A DNA stretch of 64,000 nt from an uncultured virus (IMG/VR IMGVR_UViG_3300028603_000036). Lineage: Duplodnaviria > Heunggongvirae > Uroviricota > Caudoviricetes. Position numbers and translations under genes: made by a program. The notes beneath the pieces are model-generated. The model saw only the letters and a list, made by a program, of their open reading frames with translations. It was not told where the DNA came from and did not search any database. Location: the IMG/VR virus record IMGVR_UViG_3300028603_000036; one strand, given 5' to 3'. This document shows, one piece after another, positions 18,314-27,271 of the stretch (position 1 is the first letter of the stretch; each line of letters starts with the position of its first letter).

Positions 18314-18577
18314 TCAGTCGAGTCCGGTTTCTCGGGGTGCGGTGCGGACGAGCCGCGCGGCTTCCTCAAAAGCCTGGGCCAGCCTCTCTCTGCGCTTTGC
18401 CGATTTAGGAAGCCAAAACGTGACGGCACTGCGGTCGTCGTCTTCTGGCGGGTGGTGCAGGCGTTCGCTGCTGTGCAGGATGAACTGGACGGCGCTGTAC
18501 ACCGCGCCGGTGTTGCTGCCTTTCTCGACGGGCAGAACTTCGTCGGTCAGCTCTTGGCTGTAAACATTCACTCGCAT
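18314..18577 (-). CDS. hypothetical phage protein
   Basis: 87-aa ORF in operon. Confidence 0.7.
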   Translation of the reverse strand: MRVNVYSQELTDEVLPVEKGSNTGAVYSAVQFILHSSERLHHPPEDDDRSAVTFWLPKSAKRRERLAQAFEEAARLVRTAPRETGLD

Positions 18578-18963
18578 ATCGGGGTCTCTGTCGGCGTTTT
18601 ATCCGGGATGGTTGGGGTGATTCGGGCTATCCGTTTTCGGATTTCTTGCTCGATGACGGTGTAGGCGCGCGCCTGGCCGGTGTGCTCAAGATTCCAGTTC
18701 CGGGCGTGGATGTCGTCGTCATCGGTTTCTCGGTTGGCAAGCGCGCCCAGGTAGTGTTCGGACGCGAACGCCAAGAGTGATTCGAGTGCGGCCAGCGTCT
18801 GCGCATTGGCGTAGGCTTTCGCACTGGCTGCGGTCACAAGGTCGTGCCGCTCTGTGCCTGCGGACAAGTCCATATCGCCGCGCATGCTCAAGCTCACGCC
18901 GCGATGGTCGCCGTTCACATACAGATAGGCTTCGACCTCGGGCTGGGCTTGCTTGGATGTCAT
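18568..18963 (-). CDS. hypothetical protein
   Basis: RBS AAGGAG; overlaps neighbours. Confidence 0.65.
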   Translation of the reverse strand: MTSKQAQPEVEAYLYVNGDHRGVSLSMRGDMDLSAGTERHDLVTAASAKAYANAQTLAALESLLAFASEHYLGALANRETDDDDIHARNWNLEHTGQARAYTVIEQEIRKRIARITPTIPDKTPTETPICE

Positions 18964-19481
18964 GCCGTGCTCCTTTCTCGCGCTATGGGGATGCCCTTGT
19001 CGTTTTTGTCGGCCAGGATGACCAGGCCACCAACTACGGCCAGGACGGATGCGCCGTCGTGCTCCTGCATGTAGGCGTTGGCTGCGCGCTCGCCCTCGGG
19101 GTCGTCCGGGAACGTCGCCAGGACGCGGAAGCGCCTGCCCATGGTCAGGTAGAAGCCGTGGCCGTCGCGCGCCGCTACCGCGTTGTTCGCAATGTCCAGG
19201 TCGGACGGCCCGTAGTCGTCCATGACCGTTCGCGCTCGTTCGTCGGGTATCTCCGTTTGCACACGCTCGGCGGGAATCCGTTCGACGGCAAGGCGCGGGA
19301 TGTTGTGCGCGATGCGCAGGCCGCTGCCGTCCAGCTCAACGAAGTGCTCGGAGTCGTCAAAATGGATGGTCAGCATCCCGCAGTCATCACCAACGATGTC
19401 GCCGGTGGCGCCTTCCTGGGCCTTCAGTCGGCCATCGGCGAAATGCGTGTTGCGGAGCAGTCGTGCTCGTTCGAATGCCAT
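18960..19481 (-). CDS. hypothetical protein
   Basis: RBS AAGGA; 173 aa. Confidence 0.65.
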   Translation of the reverse strand: MAFERARLLRNTHFADGRLKAQEGATGDIVGDDCGMLTIHFDDSEHFVELDGSGLRIAHNIPRLAVERIPAERVQTEIPDERARTVMDDYGPSDLDIANNAVAARDGHGFYLTMGRRFRVLATFPDDPEGERAANAYMQEHDGASVLAVVGGLVILADKNDKGIPIARERSTA

Positions 19482-19501
19482 ATTGGGTTCCTTTTGGTGG
19501 G

Positions 19502-19852
19502 TTACTTCGGCGGCAGGCCGTTCAGGGCGGCCTGGAGCGCGTCCTTGATTTGCTGCAAGTCCTGCCGGGTGAACTCCGGTACGTCGTCATCGTCGTCGTA
19601 GTGGGTGCGGTGTTCCGGCAGGTCGTCTGCGTTGATTTGGTCGGCCAGGCGCAGCGCGTCGTTGATGAGGCTGCGGTGGACGACGCACATTTGCACCCGG
19701 TAAAGCTCGCGTACGCACTGGTCGTAGATGGCTGGCGTCCAGCCCTCCGGTTCGAGTTTCCCGTATACCTCCAGCATGGTTTCCAGCGCTTTAGCGTTTC
19801 GCTGGTTGGCGGATAGTGCGTATTCGAGCTGGTGTTTTAAGCCTGCGGTCAT
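19502..19852 (-). CDS. hypothetical protein, first clear gene of the PL operon
   Basis: RBS AGGAGG; 116 aa. Confidence 0.65.
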   Translation of the reverse strand: MTAGLKHQLEYALSANQRNAKALETMLEVYGKLEPEGWTPAIYDQCVRELYRVQMCVVHRSLINDALRLADQINADDLPEHRTHYDDDDDVPEFTRQDLQQIKDALQAALNGLPPK

Positions 19853-20117
19853 AAAAGCCTCCTGTTATCGGGAACTGGCCTGCATGCAAGCCGGTTTCGG
19901 ATAAGGCCCGTTGCCGGGCCTGGGTGGGGTGCCGGGATTCCAACCGGCGTAACCGTTTCTCGTCTTGGCCGTCTTCGCCTCACTCTGTTTGCCCGTGTAC
20001 GCGCTTTGGCGGCTGGGTACGGCAGAGACACCGCGCGCCGACCGGCCCATGCCCAGGGCGGCGCTATTTGTGCCGGGGAACCCTCGCGTCGGGGAGGGAG
20101 CAACATCGGCGGATTCG

Positions 20118-20154
20118 TTGTTAAAGAGCGGGTGCGTTGCCGGGCGTTGCCCGG
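20118..20154 (-). promoter_or_regulatory. boxA antitermination site preceded by a small hairpin
   Basis: CCGGGC-AAC-GCCCGG then CGCTCTTTAACAA on the minus strand just after PL. Confidence 0.75.
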
Positions 20155-20167
20155 TGCTGCGATAGTC

Positions 20168-20209
20168 GTAACTATAGTTACCGTAGGAAGAGTTGTCAAC
20201 TATGGTTAC
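20168..20209 (-). promoter_or_regulatory. PL promoter with two overlapping operators
   Basis: TTGACA-17 bp-TATAGT (20199 to 20171); operators GTAACTATAGTTAC 20168-20181 and TCAACTATGGTTAC 20196-20209. Confidence 0.88.
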
Positions 20210-20218
20210 CTGAAGGCG

Positions 20219-20246
20219 AAAAAAAACCCGCCGGAAAGGGCGGGCT
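20219..20246 (-). terminator. intrinsic terminator
   Basis: GCCCGCC-CTTTCC-GGCGGGT followed by a T run on the minus strand. Confidence 0.8.
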
Positions 20247-20310
20247 TGTTCGAAGCGAAAGGGCGGCGGGGACTACATCACAGTCGTCTATCGTCTATGT
20301 GGGGGCATTG

Positions 20311-21066
20311 TCACCATACCTTGAAGTAAACGGCCTCAAAGACGGGGGCAGATTTTTCTTGCCCTGATACTGTCGTGTACTTCGTGTTTGAGACATATCG
20401 TCCAACCAAGTCGAATCCGCCCTCAATCTTTGCTTTATCGAAGTAGTAGTTTTGCAATTGATCCGGGATTACAACGGCAAAATAGTCTGTGCTTTCACCG
20501 AGTCCGCGCGATCTCCGTAGTGCGTTGGCGAGCAATTCATTGTCTTTGGACGATGATAAGGCAGCAAGAAACTCTGGCGATTCCCCTGCCATCTTGATCT
20601 TTCCGTGAACGTAATACATACCCCCATCTGGCTTTATTTTGGGGGCGCTTGCAAGCTGGCCACCATGTTCGGCTTCGTAGTAAATGACGGCCTCTCCCAA
20701 ATTCTCCGGCACGGAGGTTCTGGCACGCATTGCGGCTTCCCGAATTGCCAGTGCGGAGGCTTGGGCTTTTTCTCTGGCTTTCTTTTGTTCTTGCTCGACC
20801 TGGCGGGCTTCCCGCTCGGCTTTTACCTCATCGAAGAGCCTTCGTAGCCCAGCCGACTCTTCACACCCTTCGCCGCACCAGTTTGATGCTCGCAGAGCTT
20901 GGCAGAACGCTTCGACCGTAGGGATCTGCTCGTAGTCGAGCATCCTCAAGTCATCTCTGGCTATGCTGTTGTTCCATCCGCGATGGCACTGCTGCGCCAT
21001 AACATTCAATGGAGAAAGAAAGACGATTGAGCAGGCGGCGACGGCGACATAGAAAATACGTTTCAT
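20311..21066 (-). CDS. exported hypothetical protein downstream of the repressor (moron-like)
   Basis: Signal-peptide-like N-terminus MKRIFYVAVAACSIVFLSPLNVMA; visibly more AT-rich. Confidence 0.75.
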   Translation of the reverse strand: MKRIFYVAVAACSIVFLSPLNVMAQQCHRGWNNSIARDDLRMLDYEQIPTVEAFCQALRASNWCGEGCEESAGLRRLFDEVKAEREARQVEQEQKKAREKAQASALAIREAAMRARTSVPENLGEAVIYYEAEHGGQLASAPKIKPDGGMYYVHGKIKMAGESPEFLAALSSSKDNELLANALRRSRGLGESTDYFAVVIPDQLQNYYFDKAKIEGGFDLVGRYVSNTKYTTVSGQEKSAPVFEAVYFKVW

Positions 21067-21169
21067 TTTGGTGATTTATTTTCTTTCAAGAGAATTGAAA
21101 TGTTACTTGGATGGCAAAATTTTTTGACCATTTGACCATACCAGCGAAAGCCGAGGGCGCTCTTTTGGC

Positions 21170-21601
21170 TTAGGCAACATTTGTCTTTTTTCTCTCCCGC
21201 AGGAGCTGCGCAGCCCTTTCTTCGAGGATTTCGATAGAAAGGAGCGCTTGCTTTTCTAGCTCATCTCGTTCCTCTTTGGGCAGCAGCACAAGATCAACGA
21301 CGGCGCGGGTTGCTTCGCTGGCGTCGCTGTATGCTTTCCACGCGGACTCCATGGCGACAGCCTTGGCGGCTTCGCGCTCGACACCAGGCTTGGCTGCGCC
21401 AACACCGCGCACAAGCTCTTCAACTGACACGCCGAATAGGTCGCACAGACTTAAGAGGTTGCCCAGCTTGAGGTTAGCCGTCATGCCGCTTTCCCATTTT
21501 GTGACGGCGACACGGCTTACCCCTACCTTGTCGGCAACGGCCTGTTGAGACATCCCTCTGGACTCTCGTAATCGTTGTATTCGTTTATCTAGCGACTCCA
21601 T
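21170..21601 (-). CDS. CI-like XRE HTH repressor
   Basis: RIQRLRESRGMSQQAVADKVGVSRVAVTKWESG; divergent from cro; no peptidase domain seen. Confidence 0.88.
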   Translation of the reverse strand: MESLDKRIQRLRESRGMSQQAVADKVGVSRVAVTKWESGMTANLKLGNLLSLCDLFGVSVEELVRGVGAAKPGVEREAAKAVAMESAWKAYSDASEATRAVVDLVLLPKEERDELEKQALLSIEILEERAAQLLRERKKTNVA

Positions 21602-21666
21602 GTAAGCATGGTTACATGGAACGCTGAAACTATGGTTTGCTTTCTCATGGTAACTATAGTTACAAT
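21602..21666. promoter_or_regulatory. OR: three operators at 24-bp spacing plus PR
   Basis: GTAAGCATGGTTAC 21602, GAAACTATGGTTTG 21626, GTAACTATAGTTAC 21650; TTGCTT-18-TACAAT. Confidence 0.85.
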
Positions 21667-21673
21667 GGCAGGC

Positions 21674-21904
21674 ATGAAAAACGAAGCCCACTCCCGTCTG
21701 ATTGATGAGCTTGGCGGAACCGTCGAGGTTTCCCGTCTCTGCCAAGTTTCGTCTCAAGCTGTCTCCAAGTGGCGCAACGAAGGCATCCCGCAAGCACGTC
21801 TTATGTACCTGCGACTGGCGAAACGGGAAGTTTTCGAGGCGTGGGAGGCGAAGCAAATCGCGGCCCAAGAGGTCGGTAAACATAAAGGAGTCTCCCATGA
21901 GTGA
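21674..21904 (+). CDS. Cro-like regulator
   Basis: LIDELGGTVEVSRLCQVSSQAVSKWRNEGIP. Confidence 0.85.
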   Translation: MKNEAHSRLIDELGGTVEVSRLCQVSSQAVSKWRNEGIPQARLMYLRLAKREVFEAWEAKQIAAQEVGKHKGVSHE

Positions 21905-22146
21905 GAACGAATCGCCAACGAGCAAGCGGCCACAAGTTGCGCCGCAATCGGCGGCGCCGCTGGCTCCCGCTAAACCGTCGCCCAAGGGCGACGACCATCC
22001 TACCGAGTCCGCTCAAGACGCAAAACGGGTACAGATCGGCCCGACCGATGTGTAGAGAGTTGTCATTTTTTTCACCATTTTTTCCATGCCACCAGTATCT
22101 AACCCCAGCCAGGGGAGCGATAGGCGAAAGTTAAGGGTCGTTCGTC

Positions 22147-22611
22147 ATGCGTAGACCAATCAAGCAAATTCACCGTGCGCTTTTCCTGGCGCTGCAAGCC
22201 GATGCCAAGGAATTTCCGGGCGGCATCAAAGCCATCGCGGAGACGATGGGGATGAATGGGAACACGCTGGCGAACGGCATCAATCCCGACCACGACGCGC
22301 CGCCCCCCAGCTTCGGCGTCATCCTTGAAATCATCAGTCTGGCCCAGGCCCGTCGCGCCGTGTTCGCGCTGGCGCGCCTGGTCGGCCAGGTTCCCATGGA
22401 CTTCGAGCTTGACGACCGCGACCCAGCCGACGCCGTGCGCTTGTTCATGGCGCTGGTCAATTCGGCCAGCCAGTCGCTGGCCGCCGGTTCGGATCGGGCA
22501 AAGGATGGTTATTTCTGCGCCGACGACCGCCGCGCGCTGGAGCCGCTGCTGACCCAGTTGATGAAGGCGACCGGCGAACTGCTGCAATCCATCCGTGGGG
22601 GCGCCCTATGA
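22147..22611 (+). CDS. CII-like phage regulatory protein
   Basis: FPGGIKAIAETMGMNGNTLANGINP; position after cro. Confidence 0.75.
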   Translation: MRRPIKQIHRALFLALQADAKEFPGGIKAIAETMGMNGNTLANGINPDHDAPPPSFGVILEIISLAQARRAVFALARLVGQVPMDFELDDRDPADAVRLFMALVNSASQSLAAGSDRAKDGYFCADDRRALEPLLTQLMKATGELLQSIRGGAL

Positions 22612-22835
22612 GCCAGTGCGAACGACTGCTGGCGCGTCTGAAGCGCGGCCCCATTACGCCGCTGGAGGCGTGGAGCGAGCTGGGCATTTATCGCCTGGGC
22701 GCGCGGGTCTACGACCTGAAAGAGCAGGGCCACGAAATCACCAAGGAGCTGGTTTCCGTCACCAACCGTATGGGTGAAGAGTGCCGCGTCGCGCAATACA
22801 CCCTGCTGCGCTGCCAGGGGAGGGCTGCCCAATGA
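22608..22835 (+). CDS. small winged-HTH protein
   Basis: ITPLEAWSELGIYRLGARVYDLKEQG. Confidence 0.8.
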   Translation: MSQCERLLARLKRGPITPLEAWSELGIYRLGARVYDLKEQGHEITKELVSVTNRMGEECRVAQYTLLRCQGRAAQ

Positions 22836-23701
22836 CGCATGATGAATTGGCACTCGACTTGGCGCGCCACCTGCGCGAGAGAACCGGACGCATTGTCTGG
22901 ACTGACATGCAGCTTGGCCCCGTCGGCTCGCCGCGCCCTGACGCCTACAGCATCGAGCCGTCCTACACGAAGTTTCGGCCCATTGCCTACGAAGTCAAGG
23001 TGTCGCAGGCCGACTACCGGCGCGACATTACCGCTGGCAAATGGCAAACCTACCTGCCGTTCGCTGCGGGCGTCGTATTCGCGGCCCCGTCTGGGCTGAT
23101 AGAGCGCTCATCGTTGCCAGAAGGCTGCGGTCTGATTGCGCGCAATGCAGATGGCTGGCGGACGGTGAAGGCACCCACGCTGCGGGCCATTGAAACGCTG
23201 CCCCATAGTGCGTGGGTCAAGCTGTTTATTGACGGCATGGGCCGTGAAGCTGACCGGCTAATCCGCGAAAGCCGCCCCGGCCTGTCAGACGAATGGATGG
23301 CGCGGCGCACCGTAGGGGAGAAGCTGGGCAGAGAAGTTTCCCAGATCCTGGTGGAAAGGGGGTATGCGGAAAGCCGGTACGCGCTGGAGACAAAGCGCCT
23401 GCGCGATGCCGCCGACGGCATGACCGAAGAAATCCGGGAGCATGAGCGGCGTATCAGGGAGCGGGTGGAGCGCGATGCGGCTGCCATCGACCAGGTACGC
23501 GCAACACTGGCCCAGGCGCTGGGGCTTCCCGCCAATTCCTCTGTGCGAAGCATTCAGGCTGCGGCTGAAAGCCAGTCCTACCGTCTGTCGAAAGACGGGG
23601 AAATCCAAGAACTGCGACACGCCCTGTCAATGGCCCAGCGGGCGCTGACTGGCGGGCTGTCCGTGCCTGCCCTTGCGACCAATGGAGGGCAGACGGCGTG
23701 A
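22832..23701 (+). CDS. PD-(D/E)xK-like (MmcB-like) protein
   Basis: RPDAY..AYEVKVSQADYRRD. Confidence 0.65.
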   Translation: MTHDELALDLARHLRERTGRIVWTDMQLGPVGSPRPDAYSIEPSYTKFRPIAYEVKVSQADYRRDITAGKWQTYLPFAAGVVFAAPSGLIERSSLPEGCGLIARNADGWRTVKAPTLRAIETLPHSAWVKLFIDGMGREADRLIRESRPGLSDEWMARRTVGEKLGREVSQILVERGYAESRYALETKRLRDAADGMTEEIREHERRIRERVERDAAAIDQVRATLAQALGLPANSSVRSIQAAAESQSYRLSKDGEIQELRHALSMAQRALTGGLSVPALATNGGQTA

Positions 23702-24204
23702 ATGTGTTGTTTGAAACGGGTGCCGCCGGTTCTGTTGCGACGACGCACGACTGGCTGACGCCGCCGGAGATTCTGGCCCCCCTTGGTGAATTTGATCTTG
23801 ACCCCTGCGCCAGCGAGTTTCAGCCGTGGCGCACGGCAAAGCAGCAGCTCACGATCCGCGACGATGGCCTGGCGCATGAATGGGCTGGCCGCGTCTGGTG
23901 CAACCCGCCATACGGCCCGCATGCGGCTGAATGGCTGGCGCGGTGCGCAGCCCATGGCGATGCGATTGCCCTGGTGTTCGCCCGTACCGAAACCGCGTCC
24001 TTTCACGAGCACGTCTGGCCCAAGGCCGACGCGCTGCTGTTCTTGCGCGGGCGAATCAAATTCCATCTTCCTGGTGGGCGGCGGGCAGTCAGCAATGCGG
24101 GCGCGCCGTCCGTTCTGGTCGCGTTCGGCAAGGCCAACGCTGACGCACTGGCTTCCTGCGGCTTGGCGGGTGCATTCGTACCGCTGCGGGAGGCTGGGGA
24201 ATGA
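23698..24204 (+). CDS. phage N6-adenine DNA methyltransferase
   Basis: DWLTP, FDLDPCA, DDGL, VWCNPPY, FLRGRIKF. Confidence 0.9.
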   Translation: MNVLFETGAAGSVATTHDWLTPPEILAPLGEFDLDPCASEFQPWRTAKQQLTIRDDGLAHEWAGRVWCNPPYGPHAAEWLARCAAHGDAIALVFARTETASFHEHVWPKADALLFLRGRIKFHLPGGRRAVSNAGAPSVLVAFGKANADALASCGLAGAFVPLREAGE

Positions 24205-25427
24205 CGGAACAAATCAAACACCTGTCGGCTGAAGCAGTCATGGCGCCGTTCGTTGGCCGCGATCACCTGACGAATCGTGAGCTGTTCGGCCAGCTTGCGT
24301 TACAGCTTGACCTGCCCGAGAACGTGATTGATGCCCGCGCGCCTGTAGGCAAGTCGGGTAAGGAGTGCAACCTGTTCGAGCGCAAGGTGCGCTGGCACCA
24401 GCAGACGCTGAAGCACCTGGGTGTCCTGGAGCGAGTGGATCGCGGAACCTGGAGGTTGAGTGGGGAGGCGCAAAAAGAGCTGACGCCCGCGCCCAAGCGT
24501 TCCGTCCTGCTGGCCTTTTCAACGGACTTGGGGTGCGCCCTGTGGGCAAGTGCGGAAGACGTTTTCAGCGGCCTGGGGGAAGAAATAACCCTGGCCTTCA
24601 CGTCGCCGCCGTACCCGCTGGCAAAGCAGCGCGCATACGGCAATGTTGACCAGTCGGCCTATATCGACTGGCTGCTACCGATCATGGAGCCGGTCGTAAA
24701 GAGCCTGCGGCCAGGCGGGAGCATCGTCCTGAACGTCGGCAACGATATTTTCATGCCCGGTTCCCCGGCAAGATCGCTGTACGTTGAGCGGTTGACGCTG
24801 GCGCTGCACGACAGCCTTGGGCTTCACCTGATGGAGCGCTTTGTCTGGCACAACCCGACGAAGCCGCCCGGCCCCGTTCAGTGGGCATCCATCAAGCGAG
24901 TGCATCACAACACGGCCTACGAGCATGTCCTGTGGTTCACCAATGACCCGGAGCTGGTGCTGGCCGACAACCGCCGGTGCCTGCAAGAGCACACAGAGAA
25001 GCACCGGCGCTTCATGGGGTCTGGTGGTGTGAAGCGGTACGCAAGGAATACCGGCGGCGCATACACGCTGCGAGAGGGCAGCTTTGGCGCGCACACCGAG
25101 GGCGCAATAGCCCGGAACGTGCTGACCATCCCGCACCGATGCCCTGACCAGCAGCCTGCGCGCGATTTCGCCTCTGCCAATGGCCTGCAAGCCCATCCGG
25201 CGCTGATGCCGGTGAGGCTGGCGGAGCACTTTGTTCGATTCCTGTCCGAAGCAGGAGATTTGATTGTTGACCCGTTCGGTGGCTGGGCCACAACGGGCCG
25301 TGGCGCCGAGCTGAATGGCAGGCGCTGGCTTGTCACCGAACGATGCCGGGAATACCTGATAGCTGCTGCGCAGCGTTTCAGGGATGCCCCTGGCTTCTAT
25401 TCGCCGATGGAGTGCAGCAATGCGTGA
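24201..25427 (+). CDS. N4/N6 DNA methyltransferase (beta class) with Mrr_N-like N-terminus
   Basis: TSPPY, HPALMP, DPFGG; FERKVRW..RGTWRLS. Confidence 0.88.
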   Translation: MTEQIKHLSAEAVMAPFVGRDHLTNRELFGQLALQLDLPENVIDARAPVGKSGKECNLFERKVRWHQQTLKHLGVLERVDRGTWRLSGEAQKELTPAPKRSVLLAFSTDLGCALWASAEDVFSGLGEEITLAFTSPPYPLAKQRAYGNVDQSAYIDWLLPIMEPVVKSLRPGGSIVLNVGNDIFMPGSPARSLYVERLTLALHDSLGLHLMERFVWHNPTKPPGPVQWASIKRVHHNTAYEHVLWFTNDPELVLADNRRCLQEHTEKHRRFMGSGGVKRYARNTGGAYTLREGSFGAHTEGAIARNVLTIPHRCPDQQPARDFASANGLQAHPALMPVRLAEHFVRFLSEAGDLIVDPFGGWATTGRGAELNGRRWLVTERCREYLIAAAQRFRDAPGFYSPMECSNA

Positions 25428-26355
25428 TTACTCAAAGGTCGGCCCGAAGTTCTGGATTGGAGCCACTGGCAAGCGGCTGCGGACAGCGGGCGTGGAGGCG
25501 CAGATCGTCGCCATGTACCTGCTGACCAGCCCACACGCCAACATGCTGGGCCTGTATTACTGCCCCGAAATGTTCATTGCGCACGAAACCGGACTGGGCT
25601 TGGAAGGGGCTTCAAAGGGGCTTCAAAGGGCCATCGAAGCGGGGTTTTGTGAGTATGACGAGGCTTCGGAGGTGGTGTGGGTGATCGAAATGGCTTCGTA
25701 CCAGATCGGCAATGCCCTCAAGCCCAATGATTTGCGCGTGAAGGGGGTGCAGAACGAGTACGGCTCACTGCCCGATAACCCTTATTTGGTGCGGTTTTAC
25801 GAGAAATACAAGGACGCTTTCTGCATGTCCGTATGCAGGGGAAAACAAAGCCCCATCGAAGCCCCTTCCAAGCCCCATCGAAGCCAAGAACAGGAACAGG
25901 AACAGGAACAAGAACAGGAGAAAGAAAAACAAGGCGCTGCCGCGCCCGGTGTGTCTGGTTCGGATTCGCCTGACGGCGATGAGCCTGGAAACCCTGCTGC
26001 GCCTGAAGACCCGCCCGGTGACCCTGCTGACGACGAAAAATCAAAACGCGCCCTGGGTATCCGGGAGCTGGTGGCCGAGGGCGTTGACCGGCAACACGCC
26101 GAGGACTGGCTGAAGATCCGTCGGGCGAAGAAAGCCCCGCTGACCGAAACCGCCCTGGACATCGTGAAACGAGAGGCCGCGAAGGCCGGGATAACGCTGG
26201 CGGAGGCAATCGCCCATGCGGCCAGCTCGAACTGGGCCGGGTTCAAGGCGAAATGGCTGGATCAGCCTGACGGCGACCGTTCGCGCCAGCCAGCAGCAAG
26301 CGGCAGATTTGCCGGATTTGAAGATCGAAATTACGGAACTGGAGGCCGACTGTGA
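25420..26355 (+). CDS. replication initiator (O-like)
   Basis: Precedes DnaC-like gene; internal iteron-like repeats and QEQEQE linker; WAGFKAKW C-terminal motif. Confidence 0.8.
   Translation: MRDYSKVGPKFWIGATGKRLRTAGVEAQIVAMYLLTSPHANMLGLYYCPEMFIAHETGLGLEGASKGLQRAIEAGFCEYDEASEVVWVIEMASYQIGNALKPNDLRVKGVQNEYGSLPDNPYLVRFYEKYKDAFCMSVCRGKQSPIEAPSKPHRSQEQEQEQEQEQEKEKQGAAAPGVSGSDSPDGDEPGNPAAPEDPPGDPADDEKSKRALGIRELVAEGVDRQHAEDWLKIRRAKKAPLTETALDIVKREAAKAGITLAEAIAHAASSNWAGFKAKWLDQPDGDRSRQPAASGRFAGFEDRNYGTGGRL
25596..25925. repeat. candidate origin: 11-bp repeats in two inverted clusters plus a (CAGGAA)n tract
   Basis: AAGGGGCTTCA-type repeats at 25596-25644; AAGCCCC(A/T)TC repeats at 25848-25885. 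Confidence 0.6.
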
Positions 26356-27137
26356 CCTTGAAAGCACTGACCGACTTGCTGCCTGGCAGCACACCACAAA
26401 CCCAGGCCGCCATGTGCGAAGAGCACGGCGAGTACGAGAGCCGCAACGTTTTCGGGCGCGTCTGGACGAAATGCCCCGCCTGCGAAGCCAACGACAAGGA
26501 GAAGCGTCGCCGCGAGGAAGAGGCGCGCGACCGGGCAAAGCGCGTGATGGCGTGGCAGAACAAGGTCGGCGGCGCGGGCATCCCCGAGCGGTTCCTTGAC
26601 CGCCGCCTGGGTACGTTTATCGCGAAGAGCGACGAACAGCGCCGCGCCCTGGCCTTTGCCCAGGATTACGCCGACAGGTTCGATGAGGTTCTGGCGTCGG
26701 GCCGCTGCGCGCTGTTCATTGGCCGCCCCGGCACGGGCAAGACGCACTTGGCCGTAGGCGTGGGCATGCAGATCATGGAGAGCGGTTACACCGCGCTGTT
26801 CCAGACCGTTATGCGGGCCATTCGCAGGGTGAAGGACACCTGGCGGCGCGATAGCACGGAGAGCGAAACGGCGGCGATTGCGGCCCTGGTGTTCCCCGAC
26901 CTACTGATTCTGGACGAGGTGGGGGTGCAGTTCGCCAGCGATGCCGAGCGCCTGATTCTGTTCGACATCCTGAACGAGCGGTACGAGAAGCGGAAGCCGA
27001 CCCTATTCCTGTCGAACCTGACGACCGACGAAGTTAAGAGCTGCCTGGGCGAGCGCGTGTTCGACCGGCTGCGCGAGGACGGCGGCGAGTTCGTGGCGTT
27101 CGGCTGGGAAAGCCATCGCGGCAAGGAGGTGGTGTGA
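26352..27137 (+). CDS. DnaC/IstB-like ATPase (helicase loader)
   Basis: GRPGTGKTHLA, DLLILDEVG, FLSNL, RVFDRL. Confidence 0.92.
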   Translation: MTLKALTDLLPGSTPQTQAAMCEEHGEYESRNVFGRVWTKCPACEANDKEKRRREEEARDRAKRVMAWQNKVGGAGIPERFLDRRLGTFIAKSDEQRRALAFAQDYADRFDEVLASGRCALFIGRPGTGKTHLAVGVGMQIMESGYTALFQTVMRAIRRVKDTWRRDSTESETAAIAALVFPDLLILDEVGVQFASDAERLILFDILNERYEKRKPTLFLSNLTTDEVKSCLGERVFDRLREDGGEFVAFGWESHRGKEVV

Positions 27138-27271
27138 TGCTGGAAGCTCTGCTGGTTGGTGTTTGCATGTTCCTGGTGTTCGGCCTGGTGGCGCTGGCGG
27201 CGGCTTCCCTGGCCGCAGCGCTGGCCCTGGCGACCTTGGCCCGCGACTGCGAAGAGCGGGAGGGGCGGTAA
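27137..27271 (+). CDS. 44-aa hydrophobic peptide
   Basis: Overlaps the stop and start of both neighbours; single TM; below ORF-track cutoff. Confidence 0.55.
   Translation: MLEALLVGVCMFLVFGLVALAAASLAAALALATLARDCEEREGR

Noticed and set aside
19849..20199. 116-aa minus-strand ORF as an N-like antiterminator
   Set aside because: Its start lies within the PL -35 box, upstream of the predicted transcription start; a shorter Arg-rich peptide cannot be fully excluded.
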